Source: Ignavibacteriota bacterium
Lineage (GTDB): Bacteria; Bacteroidota; Ignavibacteria; Palsa-1295
Length of the DNA stretch: 64,000 bases
Assembly (NCBI GenBank): GCA_963787835.1
Contig: CAWBEI010000003.1
Coordinates: 160,001 to 224,000 of the forward strand
Reading direction: 5' to 3'
Below, in pieces: positions 18,487 through 28,414 of the stretch (position 1 is the stretch's first letter; the number at the start of each line of letters is the position of its first letter). The notes under the pieces were generated by a model. It was not told the origin of the DNA. It saw only the letters and a list, made by a program, of their open reading frames with translations, and ran no database searches. Made by a program: the position numbers and the translations under genes.

Positions 18487-20679
18487 TTACTCCTTCACAA
18501 TACGCTTCATTAACATCTGGGAATTCGATCCAGATTCATTAGTTGTTGCTCGCACGACATAAGTCCCCCTCGGCAATCCACCCGTTTCCCACTCATAGCT
18601 CCCCTCCACGCGGAAACGGTCCACTTCCCTGCCCAGCACATCGAAAATTTCAACATCGGCAGATGGCGCTCCAACGATAAAAATAGTCGCATCACCGAAG
18701 GCAGGATTGGGATAGATAGAAAGTTCAACCGCCGGTTGACCAGAAACAGGAACGGAAGCACTACTTCCAAAGCAGGTGTCAAATTTATTTCCTGCAAGAT
18801 CGATGGCTGTTATACAGAAGCTTCCTGATGCAAAGGTGTCCACATGTTGTACCGAAAAGCTTGCGACACCGTGTCCTCGAACGCTGTCAGATAGAGTAAT
18901 AAACTCATTGATCACGTTCGTAAAGTAGATTGTATCAAGTCCCCGATCCCATGCTTGCGTATCTGACACTTGATAAAAGCAGGGACCATTGACTGTATCA
19001 ATGCAAATTCCGCCTTGAACCAATGGTGAGTGCGTATCCGGAATTGTGCAATACGTATATTGCACAACACTTGAATTCCCAAGCGAGTCGGTCAGGCGAA
19101 TAGCTGCCGATCCATTCAGCAGCGAATCGACAACACAAACAGAGTAGTAGGTTGAATCCGCGCCGGCGTGATTGGGCGCAATGGAAAGCCGCATGTTCGT
19201 TAAACTATCGGCGCTCACCATGAGCACGGGAATTCTCCTCGCGCCGGTATCGAACGTTACCGCGCTGGTGCATCGGGTATTACACTCACTGCCATCGTAG
19301 CTGCCCGTTCGGCTGAGCACCGTTGCAGTTGGAGCGATAGGAGGTTCTGCGGAGCAATCGACCATAATTGGGCAACTGTATGTCCCATTGAGACACCCTG
19401 ATGCACCTAAATCCGAAGCAGTAGCAGAAAAAGCAATATCGTAGATCGAATCCGTCGAGCAATTTGTCAGAACGCTGGCAAGAACGGTGTCCTCCCATGT
19501 GAGTGTTGCGGCCATTCCTCCCTGAATCATTGAATTGATCGGGCTTTGCTGTTGCATGTGACCATTATGTGATGTGGGCTGCGGAGATATAATTTGCACC
19601 GGTCCACTGGCTTGGCCAGTCGCATCATTCGTGATCGACTGCGTACCGGATGCAGAAGTCCCTACTGTGTCTGTTTGATTCCATACGATCCCATCGACCG
19701 GAAAGTGATTGGGAACATATTCCGTACCATTCCAGATAATATGATCCGGATGGACAAGCATCGCGTCCAGCGCATTACCCAGGCATATCGGTGTACACGG
19801 TGGTGTGCCATAACTGCCGCGAGCAAGTTCCACGCTACCCCCTGCGCCAACGCTACTTGCTGGCCATTGAAAAAGTAAAGCCTCATCGCCAACAATAGGA
19901 TACTGAACTCCCACTTCTGGGGCACCCCATGTCCAATCAGTTACAATTTCTCGCCAATCGGTGTAAGCAAAGAGTGAGGGCTGGATGAGGCCCATCGGTT
20001 CGGGTGCAAGAAGATCGTTCAAGTATCCTATCGCCATGAGCGAGGGGAATGATCCGCCACTCAATGATTGCAATGACGCGATATAATAAGGAGGAATGGG
20101 ATATGAATCTGGGAATGAAATCCACTCATTGGAAACATAGCCATAGCGTGTCGTTATGGGTGCGTTATCATTACCCGTGTTGACATCTTTCGTTAGGCAT
20201 ACATCAAGTAGATACTGCGCTTGCGCATTTAATACTGTATCCGTATGATTGCGAACGCTGATCTTGAAGACGATCTGCCCGGAACCTGATATTGGGAACG
20301 CAACCGGATAAATATCCTGAACAATGTCGAACGCATTTTTCCCTTCAGGCTGCCAAACCGTCTCGATGGTATCGCCTATCTTAGTTGTGACCCCGAACTG
20401 CAACATGGTTGGATATACCGGTGCGGCACTTGGGACGAGATTAGGATTATTGGTATAGTACGCCGTATCCACATGAACGGTAAGATAAGAGGTTTGTGCA
20501 GCAAGGAATGAAATACCATCCCCATTTGCATAAGAATATCGAACCAGCCCTTCGCCGTCGTTCGTGACATCCGCCTTTACGAATGCATTACTTGCAACGA
20601 ACGAAGTTTGCCCATTCGCCGCAGTCGATGCGAATAAAGAAATAATAATAATTGATGCGAGTTTCCAGACCATAGACAC
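18487..20679 (-). CDS. Cys-rich secreted protein with T9SS C-terminal domain
   Basis: Signal peptide, beta-rich body of unknown family, CTD IYPNPA..IFDVLGRE..GTYVVR..KRIVKE. Confidence 0.8.
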   Translation of the reverse strand: MSMVWKLASIIIISLFASTAANGQTSFVASNAFVKADVTNDGEGLVRYSYANGDGISFLAAQTSYLTVHVDTAYYTNNPNLVPSAAPVYPTMLQFGVTTKIGDTIETVWQPEGKNAFDIVQDIYPVAFPISGSGQIVFKISVRNHTDTVLNAQAQYLLDVCLTKDVNTGNDNAPITTRYGYVSNEWISFPDSYPIPPYYIASLQSLSGGSFPSLMAIGYLNDLLAPEPMGLIQPSLFAYTDWREIVTDWTWGAPEVGVQYPIVGDEALLFQWPASSVGAGGSVELARGSYGTPPCTPICLGNALDAMLVHPDHIIWNGTEYVPNHFPVDGIVWNQTDTVGTSASGTQSITNDATGQASGPVQIISPQPTSHNGHMQQQSPINSMIQGGMAATLTWEDTVLASVLTNCSTDSIYDIAFSATASDLGASGCLNGTYSCPIMVDCSAEPPIAPTATVLSRTGSYDGSECNTRCTSAVTFDTGARRIPVLMVSADSLTNMRLSIAPNHAGADSTYYSVCVVDSLLNGSAAIRLTDSLGNSSVVQYTYCTIPDTHSPLVQGGICIDTVNGPCFYQVSDTQAWDRGLDTIYFTNVINEFITLSDSVRGHGVASFSVQHVDTFASGSFCITAIDLAGNKFDTCFGSSASVPVSGQPAVELSIYPNPAFGDATIFIVGAPSADVEIFDVLGREVDRFRVEGSYEWETGGLPRGTYVVRATTNESGSNSQMLMKRIVKE
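18563..18667. repeat. 105-bp repeat encoding the T9SS CTD core, copy 2
   Basis: 100/105 identical to 17249-17353. Confidence 0.9.
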
Positions 20680-20794
20680 GCTCCTTTTTTGAAGTTAAAA
20701 TCGGACTCAAGTTTAACGGAATTCCCTAAGCTTTCAATCCCGCGAGTTTATACTCAATTTCTACTCAGATTCAAGGATACAAGCTTACCCCGCG

Positions 20795-22154
20795 TTAAAC
20801 ACTCAGGAAAAACTGCTGATAGATCAAATACGCATTCAAAGCTGCAATAGCCACAACAACAGCCCATGCAACTACTTTGAGCCACATCGGGCTTGCGAAA
20901 TCACCCATTACGGATCTCCTGCCGGTAAATAACACCAGCGGAACCGTAGCAAACGTAAGTTGCACAGAAAGTACCACTTGCGAGAGAAGTAACAAGCTAT
21001 AGATCGCGTGATTCTCAGCATCCACGCCACCTCCGGTGTTCATCGCAATGACGACCACTGCCGGAATGATCGCCAGGCTTCGCGTGATCAGCCGCCGCAG
21101 CCACGGGCGAACCTTTATCTGAAGAAATCCTTCCATCACCACTTGCCCGGCGAGCGTTCCGGTGATCGTCGAAGCCTGACCCGAAGCCAGCAATGCCACG
21201 CCAAAAGCTAAACTTGCGAGGCTGGTTCCCAGCAACGGAGACAGTGTGTAATAGGCCTGTTGAATTTCCGTCACAACCTTCCCGCGCTCGAAAAATACGG
21301 CGGCGGCCATCACAAGAATAGCCGCATTGACAAAAAATGCCATATTAAGCGCAAAGACGGTATCGAACACATTATATCGCAAGGCGGAACGAATTTCTTT
21401 GAACGATCGCCCCACTTTTCTCGATGTAACCAGATGGGAATGTAAATACAGATTGTGCGGCATCACCGTCGCGCCGAGAATGCCAAGCGCAATGTAAAGG
21501 CTGCCGTTCGTAAGCTTTGGAGTTACTAATCCATGGGCAATCGCCGGCCACGCCGGATGAGCAAGATAGATCTCGAAGAGATAACATAGGCTCATCGTAC
21601 CGATCAGCGCGAGAATAACAGCTTCCAATAAACGCACGCCCCTGCTTTGAAGCAAAAGGATAAGAAGCACATCCAGCGCGGTAATGAGTACCGCTGGAAG
21701 AAGAGGTATATGAAACAGCAAATTTATTGCTATGGCACTGCCCAGCACTTCCGCGAGATCGCAGGCAACAATAGCAACTTCCGCGATCATCCAGGAAAAA
21801 ATAGCGGGCAGGTTTCGAGAACCGTTCCCGACAGAGTTGCGGAAGATCTCGGCCGGTCACCACCCCCAAACGGCTCGAAAGAATTTGGAGCAGAATAGCA
21901 ACAAGATTGCTTGCAAGGATCACCCACAGCAGATCGTAGTGGAACCGCGAGCCGCCCTCGATGTCCGTTGCCCAATTGCCAGGGTCCATATAACCGATAG
22001 CAACTAAGAACGCCGGCCCCGAAAATGCAAACGTTCTGCGAAGCAGACCCTTGGACTTATGGGGTTCGATGCGAGGAGGATCAGCCCAATCGAGAGTTGA
22101 TTCTTTTACAACGAGCGTTTTGCTTCGCACGGAAGTGGCAGAGATATCAGTCAT
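20795..22154 (-). CDS. mntH: Nramp Mn2+/Fe2+ transporter; frameshift at ~21794-21801
   Basis: [11 protein letters not shown] in the 5' part; [13 protein letters not shown] and [15 protein letters not shown] in the 3' part; the break lies at an A6 run. Confidence 0.9.
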
Positions 22155-22798
22155 ACTACTCTTCCAAAAATTTGCGATGCCGCTTCTGGGGCCAATGCAA
22201 GAGGCTCCCCTTTGACCACAATATTAAATGGCCCGCCAAATGGCTGCTGTCCGTGAAATTCGATCGTCGAGCCGGGAAGAAGTTCCAACTTTGCGGCGTA
22301 ACGAAGAAGCTCGGGATCGTCCTGCAATCTCGTAATAACGAGAGTCGAATCTACAACAGCCGAATTAAGCGGTATTTCTTTGATCTCCGGCATGCGTCCT
22401 TCTGCGCTGGGGATCGGGTCGCCGTGGGGATCGAAATCCGGATGGCCGAGCTTTTCCGCGATCCGTTCTTCGAAGAGCGGGCTAATGTGATGCTCCAACC
22501 GCTCGGCTTCGGCATGAACCTCGTCCCAATGATAGCCCAGCTCACGCACGAGAAACAGCTCGATAAGCCGGTGTTTTCGAATCGTCTGAAGCGCTGTGCG
22601 CTCGCCGAAGGGTGTCAGATGAATTCCCGTCGAAGGATGAACTCGAATAAGCTTTAAGCTCACGAGTCTGCGAAGCATTTTACTCACAGCGGGAGCGCTT
22701 ACGCCCACGCGACGCGCAATATCACGCGAGGTGATCTCTCCCAGTGACTCTGCTTTATAGATGGCTTTAATATAGTCTTCGATGGATGGTGTATTCAT
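22151..22798 (-). CDS. mntR: DtxR/MntR metal-dependent regulator with FeoA-like C-terminal domain
   Basis: [33 protein letters not shown]; 4-bp overlap with mntH. Confidence 0.92.
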   Translation of the reverse strand: MNTPSIEDYIKAIYKAESLGEITSRDIARRVGVSAPAVSKMLRRLVSLKLIRVHPSTGIHLTPFGERTALQTIRKHRLIELFLVRELGYHWDEVHAEAERLEHHISPLFEERIAEKLGHPDFDPHGDPIPSAEGRMPEIKEIPLNSAVVDSTLVITRLQDDPELLRYAAKLELLPGSTIEFHGQQPFGGPFNIVVKGEPLALAPEAASQIFGRVV

Positions 22799-22806
22799 AG
22801 AGCAGA

Positions 22807-22826
22807 AAATTAACCATAGTTAAATT
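22807..22826. promoter_or_regulatory. Putative MntR/DtxR-family operator
   Basis: aaaTTAACcataGTTAAatt palindrome about 10 bp upstream of the mntR start. Confidence 0.6.
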
Positions 22827-23211
22827 GAAAGGATTCCATTGGTAAACATTCTTGAAACGGACCATTGTTGACAATCACCCTACCGTATTCTTAGAAGCTG
22901 TATTTTGAGAACAATATTCATCTTTTTTGGCTATTTTGGCTATTTTTCCCTTCTAAAGAATGAAATTTATGGCATAGAAGAAAAATATTCGTATTTTAGT
23001 ACAAGTGTTTTGTAATGGGTGCTCCTTGGCTATCGTCAAAGTCAATATTTTTTGAGAATTGTAGGTGCTTATTCGCTTCTGATTCTCTTGTCGTCTGGAG
23101 CATAATCGTCCCATTACTGAATACTCGACAACCCAAACGTTGCGATTTTTTCTTGTGAAAGAGTGCTTACCCACCTGTCACTTTTTTCTTAACCCCAATC
23201 GAATGAATAGA

Positions 23212-26200
23212 ATGAAACGGTACTCGATACTCTCACTATTGGCACTCCTGATTCTCATCTCTGCCAATCTTTCTTTCGCCCAAACCACCGCGACCCCGTC
23301 GCAAACCCCGGACATCCCTCACCTTGTTAGTTATCAGGGCTTGCTTACTACTCCGTCCGGTCAACCTGTTCCAGATGGTAGCCAACTGATCACCATTCGG
23401 TTTTATACCGATTCGCAAGGAGTCAGTCCTGCGATGTGGGAAGATACCTTTCGTGTGGTGACAAGCGGCGGAGTGTTCTCCATTATGCTTGGCTCGCAAA
23501 ATCCATTGCCCGACGCCAAAGTGATGGGACAACCACTGTGGGTCGGAGTAGCGGTCGGTGAAAACGAACTGCGGCCGCTCTCGCCTATTTCCGCTGCTCC
23601 TTATGCAATGACGGTCGCCAACGGAGCGATCACCGCCGAGAAAATGGGCACAGACTACGTTGGCTCGATCTCGGTGAATGGAAGCAAGGTAACGGGTCAG
23701 GGATCGGGACTTAATCTTGTCGCCGGAGATGGCCTTTCCCTCAGTTACGATCCGATCTCCAGCTCTTTGACTTTGAGTGCGACAGGCTCCGGAGCTTCTT
23801 CAGGCAGCGGGATCAAGATCCAGTCACTCAGCCCTTACATAGACAACCAAACCTCGCAGCAGAGCAGTGCTAATTTTAACATTGATGGAAGCGGCGTGAT
23901 CGGTAAGAATCTTACCGTTGGCAGCAATGGAAGCTTTGGTGGAAACCTTTCTGTAACCGGTACATCGAGCCTCAATGGGAACGTCTCGATGGGTGGGAAT
24001 GCATCCATACATGGTAGCATATCGACCAATGGAACCGCGTCGTTCGGTGGGAACACCACCATAGGTGGAAATACGACCATAAGCGGGAACACCACGATCA
24101 ATGGCAATACATCCGTTGGAGGCAATACCTCCATTAGTGGAAACACTTCTGTTGGTGGCAATGAGACTGTTAATGGAAATGCCACGATCAACAATAATAC
24201 TTACATGAATGAAAATGCTTCGATCGAGAATAATCTCTCTGTTGAAGGCAACAGCGCGCTCCAGGGTCCGGTTACACTTGGGAATACCTGGAGCTATACA
24301 CCCGCTCAGCTCATTTTTAATGATGGAACCCCTTTCTCTTATAAGACCGCAACCGTCACCGGCGCTCAGCAATACTTAGGCAATCGTATTTACACGATCC
24401 CTGATGTCGGCGCCAATGCAAATTTTGTCATGACCGAAGGAAATCAAACGGTTAATGGAGTAAAGAATTTCACTGGTGCTGTAACTATTACCAACCAGGT
24501 CATTACAACAACGGTCGCTCCTCAATCAGATACGGGCGTATCACTCGGTGACACGGCCCACCGGTTCAGGGATCTTTATCTCGGACCCCATAGCCTTGTC
24601 ATGAACAACAATGCTTCTACGACAAATTTCGGCGTATCTACAACTGGCAGTCTCTCGATCACGCAATCCACCAGCGGTGCAACAACGGGATCTACTACGA
24701 TAACCGCAGGTGGAGCGGTCTCAACGACGGGATCGATCTCGACAGGAAATTCCATCACAGTCGATGGCACAACAACCCCACGTTCCATTTTGGGTGATCT
24801 CACAACGACCTTTTCAACTTCCTCTGGAAACATTTTGATCGATCCAGCGGGCCAGGTTGGGATAGGCATTATTTATCCAGCAGCCCCTGCTTACCTGTTG
24901 GATGTTAACGGAACGTTACACTCCTCCGGTGCTGCAACACTTGCAAGCCTTACTCTCGGAGCTCCGCTTTCCATTTCGAGTGGTGGTACCGGTCAGATCA
25001 CGGCGGCGGCAGCATTAAACGCGTTATTGCCAAGCCAAAGCAATCCTAATTACGTTCTCACGACCAACGGCTCAACGGCTTCGTGGCAACCGGTTCCCGC
25101 CAGCGCCGTTACAAGCGTGTTCGGACGAACTGGTGCGGTAGTTGCAGTGTCAGGCGATTATAGTTTCTCTCAGATCGGTGGAACCGCTACAACATCGCAG
25201 CTTCCGACCGTCGATGTGGCGCATGGTGGCACGGGGCAAACAACAGCCATAGCGGCATTGAATGCATTATTGCCAAGCCAAACGGGAAGTACTAACGATT
25301 TCCTCCAAACCAACGGCTCCACAGTCTCATGGCAACCTATGGTGAGCGGAGTTTCCAGCGTCTTTGGACGAAGCGGCGCCGTTACTGCCGTCACCGGCGA
25401 TTATTCGTTCGCTCAGATCAGTGGCACCATTGCTACATCACAACTTCCGACCGTTGATGTGGCTCATGGCGGCACGGGACTGACAACAACGGGTACTACT
25501 GGCAATTTTCTCAGAAGTAGCGCCGGTGCATGGGTAAGCTCGCCCATTCAACCGAGTGACCTCGCGGGAGCTGCCTGGGGTGTTACTGGCAACGCCAGCA
25601 CAACGCCGGGTACAGACTATGTGGGAACCTCCGATAACACCGCGCTTTATCTTGATGTCAACGGGTCGCCAAATATCATTCTGAATACCAATGGTAGCCT
25701 CCAGCGCGATGCAGGTGGCAATGCACGGGGCCAATGGTCCGTCGATATGCAGATCGATCGTGACTCTATTCAACAGGTTGCAAGTGGAAATGCCAGCACG
25801 ATAGCAGGCGGCTATAGCAACACGGCCACTGGCCTGCGCAACACTATAGGCGGCGGGGCGAATAATATGGCAGGATCAGCCGCATTAAATTACATTGATG
25901 ACGCTACCGTAGGCGGTGGTTGGCACAACACGGCCTCTAATTTCGAAGCCACTGTTGCCGGTGGCTCGGATAACGTCGCGAGTGGATTCGGTTCCTTTGT
26001 TGGCGGTGGCACAGGACCTGGAATCTATAATAATTCAGCAAGCGGAGATCATTCCTCGGTCGTTGCTGGGTATGTAAATACTGCGAGTGGAACAGGATCT
26101 TCTATCGGCGGCGGCGAAAACAATTCGGCTGGTGGTAACTACACTGCTATTCCTGGCGGTGATGGTCTTACGCTTTCTGGAAACCAAAGTTTTGGATTTA

Positions 26201-28266
26201 ATGGTGCCGATAATTCCGGATCGAATGTGATGACGATCTCCGCAAATCAAATTTCCGTGTTTGCAAACACCGACCTCTGGCTTGCGAATAACGATAACTC
26301 TGCGAGGGCGATTCTGTTTTATGCTCCGTATAGCACATCCGGTAATTTCCCGAACGGAACCGGTTATGTCGGCTTCAAAGCAGGGAACGTGGTAACCTCG
26401 ACAATATGGACCTTGCCAACTTCCGATGGCGCCAGCGGAGATGTACTTCAGACAGACGGCGCTGGCAACCTAAGCTGGTCCGCTGCCGGAGCTGGTCTGA
26501 CGTTACCATTCAGTCAATCCTCCTCCAATGTCGGACCTCTGTTCCAGATCGGAAATACCGACGGGATCGATCTCGTGAGCTATTCCGTCGAAGGCGACGT
26601 CATTAATGGTTATGGAGTGACCGGCAAAGGCACAGGCCAATACGGTAACGGCGTGTATGGGCTTGCCGAGGGTGACTCCAGTGGTGTTGTTGCTGAAAAC
26701 ACTGCATCTGGAACCGGGCTTACCGTCAGGGCCAGCGGAGGAGATGCGATCCATGCTACCTCGAACTTCGGATATGCCCTTACGGCGAGCGGAAATGTTT
26801 ACATTCACGGGACCACCTTCGATACTACTTCTTCCAGTCCGGGAGGGTATGCAATCAAAGCAGATAATGGTGGCGATGGCTTCGGTGTCTGGGCGATTGC
26901 CGAGGGCGAAAATGCGTATGGGGTGTGGGGACAAAATACTTCCGGAAACCCAGGTGCAGGTGTCGCTGGTGATGCAAAGGGTGTTGGAACCGGCGTTCTG
27001 GCAACAAATTCCGATTTTGCTGGTTCTGGCCCAGGCCTCTCTGCTTTAACAAATGGCACCGGCGATGCCATCGACGCAACGGCAAATGGAAGCGGTTATG
27101 CCTTGAATGCAACCGGCAAAGTGCAGATCAATGGACTTGGCCGTGCTGGTGCTGAGACAGATCAAGTGATATTCCAAGCTACCAACTATGGCGACGGGAC
27201 CGGGCTTGAAGGCGATGCTGGTCCTGGTGGTGGTGACGGTGTGATCGGCTCAACGAATACAAATGGAAACAACAAGATCGGAGTCTGGGGATATGACAAC
27301 TCGTCCGCCACAACTAATGCTGCTCTTGCGGGCTTTTCCGCAAATGGTGTGGGTGCGGCCGGAACCTCCATGAATGGAATTGGCATACAAGGCTATCTTC
27401 AGTTTGGTGGCACCGGTACCGCCGTCGTTGCTCAAAATGCAGGTAGTGGCGTTGCTCTCACCGCTTCATCCTCTAATGGTGACGCCATTGATGCGACTGC
27501 ATCGGGTGGGAACGCCATCAGTGCCACTGGAAATGTGGTCGTGACCGGAGCCGTTGGAATTGGAACATTAGCTCCGATCTATGACCTTGAGATTCATGGT
27601 GGCGCATTCCAGGCTGAAGGCCCGACCATGATGTTGCTCAACAAAACCGGAGGTGCAGGCGCGGCACCGGATATCGACTTTGCCACGACGGGTGATAATA
27701 ATCTCTCCGATGCAAGGATCAAAGCTATTGATGACGGTAGCGGTGGCGCAAACTTAGATTTAGAGACCAACTCGGGCTACAACGATGCCATTTCGCGGCT
27801 CTATATCCAAAGTACCGGCTTTGTTGGTATTGGAACGACGACCCCAGCGGATGCTCTGGATGTTGAAGGCAATATTCATGCATCGGCGGATGTCTCCGTT
27901 GGGACCCACCTGCTCTCTCCTGGAGTTCTCCCACCCGAGAACGTCCATATTGATCCTAACTCGAATGCACAATTTGCCTCGTATTCAGCGGGGAATGATG
28001 TTGCGGGACAAGTCTATATCTATACATCAGGCGCTCCTAATACGGGCGATCAGATTGACATTATTCCGATCACGCCATTCACTGAGGGTACTCCGATCGT
28101 GGTGGTCTCTGGTAATGATGGGCCGAGCGCAGGACTTTCGCCGTATGCTTACTATAATGGCGAAATTGGCGCGATCGTCATCGGCTTTCCTTCGGGCGCG
28201 TCTCCGCAGCCTTTGACTTCCTATACATTTAACTACCATATCACCGTAGTTCCTAATCCCCAATAA
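23212..28266 (+). CDS. Large secreted fibre/adhesin-like protein (~1,680 aa)
   Basis: Signal peptide MKRYSILSLL..SFA; N-terminal SYQGLL..GVFSIMLG..AAPYA module; period-6 Gly-Asn beta repeats; VTSVFGRTGAV and GGTG repeats; YadA-head-like ASGxxSTIxGG repeats; VGIGTTTP motifs. Confidence 0.85.
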   Translation: MKRYSILSLLALLILISANLSFAQTTATPSQTPDIPHLVSYQGLLTTPSGQPVPDGSQLITIRFYTDSQGVSPAMWEDTFRVVTSGGVFSIMLGSQNPLPDAKVMGQPLWVGVAVGENELRPLSPISAAPYAMTVANGAITAEKMGTDYVGSISVNGSKVTGQGSGLNLVAGDGLSLSYDPISSSLTLSATGSGASSGSGIKIQSLSPYIDNQTSQQSSANFNIDGSGVIGKNLTVGSNGSFGGNLSVTGTSSLNGNVSMGGNASIHGSISTNGTASFGGNTTIGGNTTISGNTTINGNTSVGGNTSISGNTSVGGNETVNGNATINNNTYMNENASIENNLSVEGNSALQGPVTLGNTWSYTPAQLIFNDGTPFSYKTATVTGAQQYLGNRIYTIPDVGANANFVMTEGNQTVNGVKNFTGAVTITNQVITTTVAPQSDTGVSLGDTAHRFRDLYLGPHSLVMNNNASTTNFGVSTTGSLSITQSTSGATTGSTTITAGGAVSTTGSISTGNSITVDGTTTPRSILGDLTTTFSTSSGNILIDPAGQVGIGIIYPAAPAYLLDVNGTLHSSGAATLASLTLGAPLSISSGGTGQITAAAALNALLPSQSNPNYVLTTNGSTASWQPVPASAVTSVFGRTGAVVAVSGDYSFSQIGGTATTSQLPTVDVAHGGTGQTTAIAALNALLPSQTGSTNDFLQTNGSTVSWQPMVSGVSSVFGRSGAVTAVTGDYSFAQISGTIATSQLPTVDVAHGGTGLTTTGTTGNFLRSSAGAWVSSPIQPSDLAGAAWGVTGNASTTPGTDYVGTSDNTALYLDVNGSPNIILNTNGSLQRDAGGNARGQWSVDMQIDRDSIQQVASGNASTIAGGYSNTATGLRNTIGGGANNMAGSAALNYIDDATVGGGWHNTASNFEATVAGGSDNVASGFGSFVGGGTGPGIYNNSASGDHSSVVAGYVNTASGTGSSIGGGENNSAGGNYTAIPGGDGLTLSGNQSFGFNGADNSGSNVMTISANQISVFANTDLWLANNDNSARAILFYAPYSTSGNFPNGTGYVGFKAGNVVTSTIWTLPTSDGASGDVLQTDGAGNLSWSAAGAGLTLPFSQSSSNVGPLFQIGNTDGIDLVSYSVEGDVINGYGVTGKGTGQYGNGVYGLAEGDSSGVVAENTASGTGLTVRASGGDAIHATSNFGYALTASGNVYIHGTTFDTTSSSPGGYAIKADNGGDGFGVWAIAEGENAYGVWGQNTSGNPGAGVAGDAKGVGTGVLATNSDFAGSGPGLSALTNGTGDAIDATANGSGYALNATGKVQINGLGRAGAETDQVIFQATNYGDGTGLEGDAGPGGGDGVIGSTNTNGNNKIGVWGYDNSSATTNAALAGFSANGVGAAGTSMNGIGIQGYLQFGGTGTAVVAQNAGSGVALTASSSNGDAIDATASGGNAISATGNVVVTGAVGIGTLAPIYDLEIHGGAFQAEGPTMMLLNKTGGAGAAPDIDFATTGDNNLSDARIKAIDDGSGGANLDLETNSGYNDAISRLYIQSTGFVGIGTTTPADALDVEGNIHASADVSVGTHLLSPGVLPPENVHIDPNSNAQFASYSAGNDVAGQVYIYTSGAPNTGDQIDIIPITPFTEGTPIVVVSGNDGPSAGLSPYAYYNGEIGAIVIGFPSGASPQPLTSYTFNYHITVVPNPQ
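24982..25467 (+). repeat. Two tandem 243-bp (81-aa) intragenic repeats
   Basis: GGTGQ..ALNALLPSQ..NGST.SWQP..SVFGR.GAV..GDYSF.QI..SQLPTVDVAH units start at 24982 and 25225; a third unit begins at 25468. Confidence 0.85.
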
Positions 28267-28334
28267 GTGATTCCCGGCATCATCACAGGGGTTCTTATGC
28301 ACATTAAATTCTATCTGGTGTATTAGATGTTTGC

Positions 28335-28362
28335 AGAGGCGCGGTTTACCCCGCGCCTCTTT
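28335..28362 (+). terminator. GC-rich hairpin after the fibre gene (terminator or REP-like)
   Basis: AGAGGCGCGG-tttacc-CCGCGCCTCT with only a short T tail. Confidence 0.5.
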
Positions 28363-28414
28363 GCAATCACGCGCTGGCGGGACAATCCTTACTTCCTGCG
28401 CGTTAATAGTTGCC

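Noticed and set aside
17249-18667. Diversity-generating retroelement TR/VR pair
   Set aside because: Both copies are coding, the differences are synonymous and no reverse transcriptase is present.
23212-28266. Prophage tail-fibre gene
   Set aside because: Has a signal peptide and no neighbouring phage genes.
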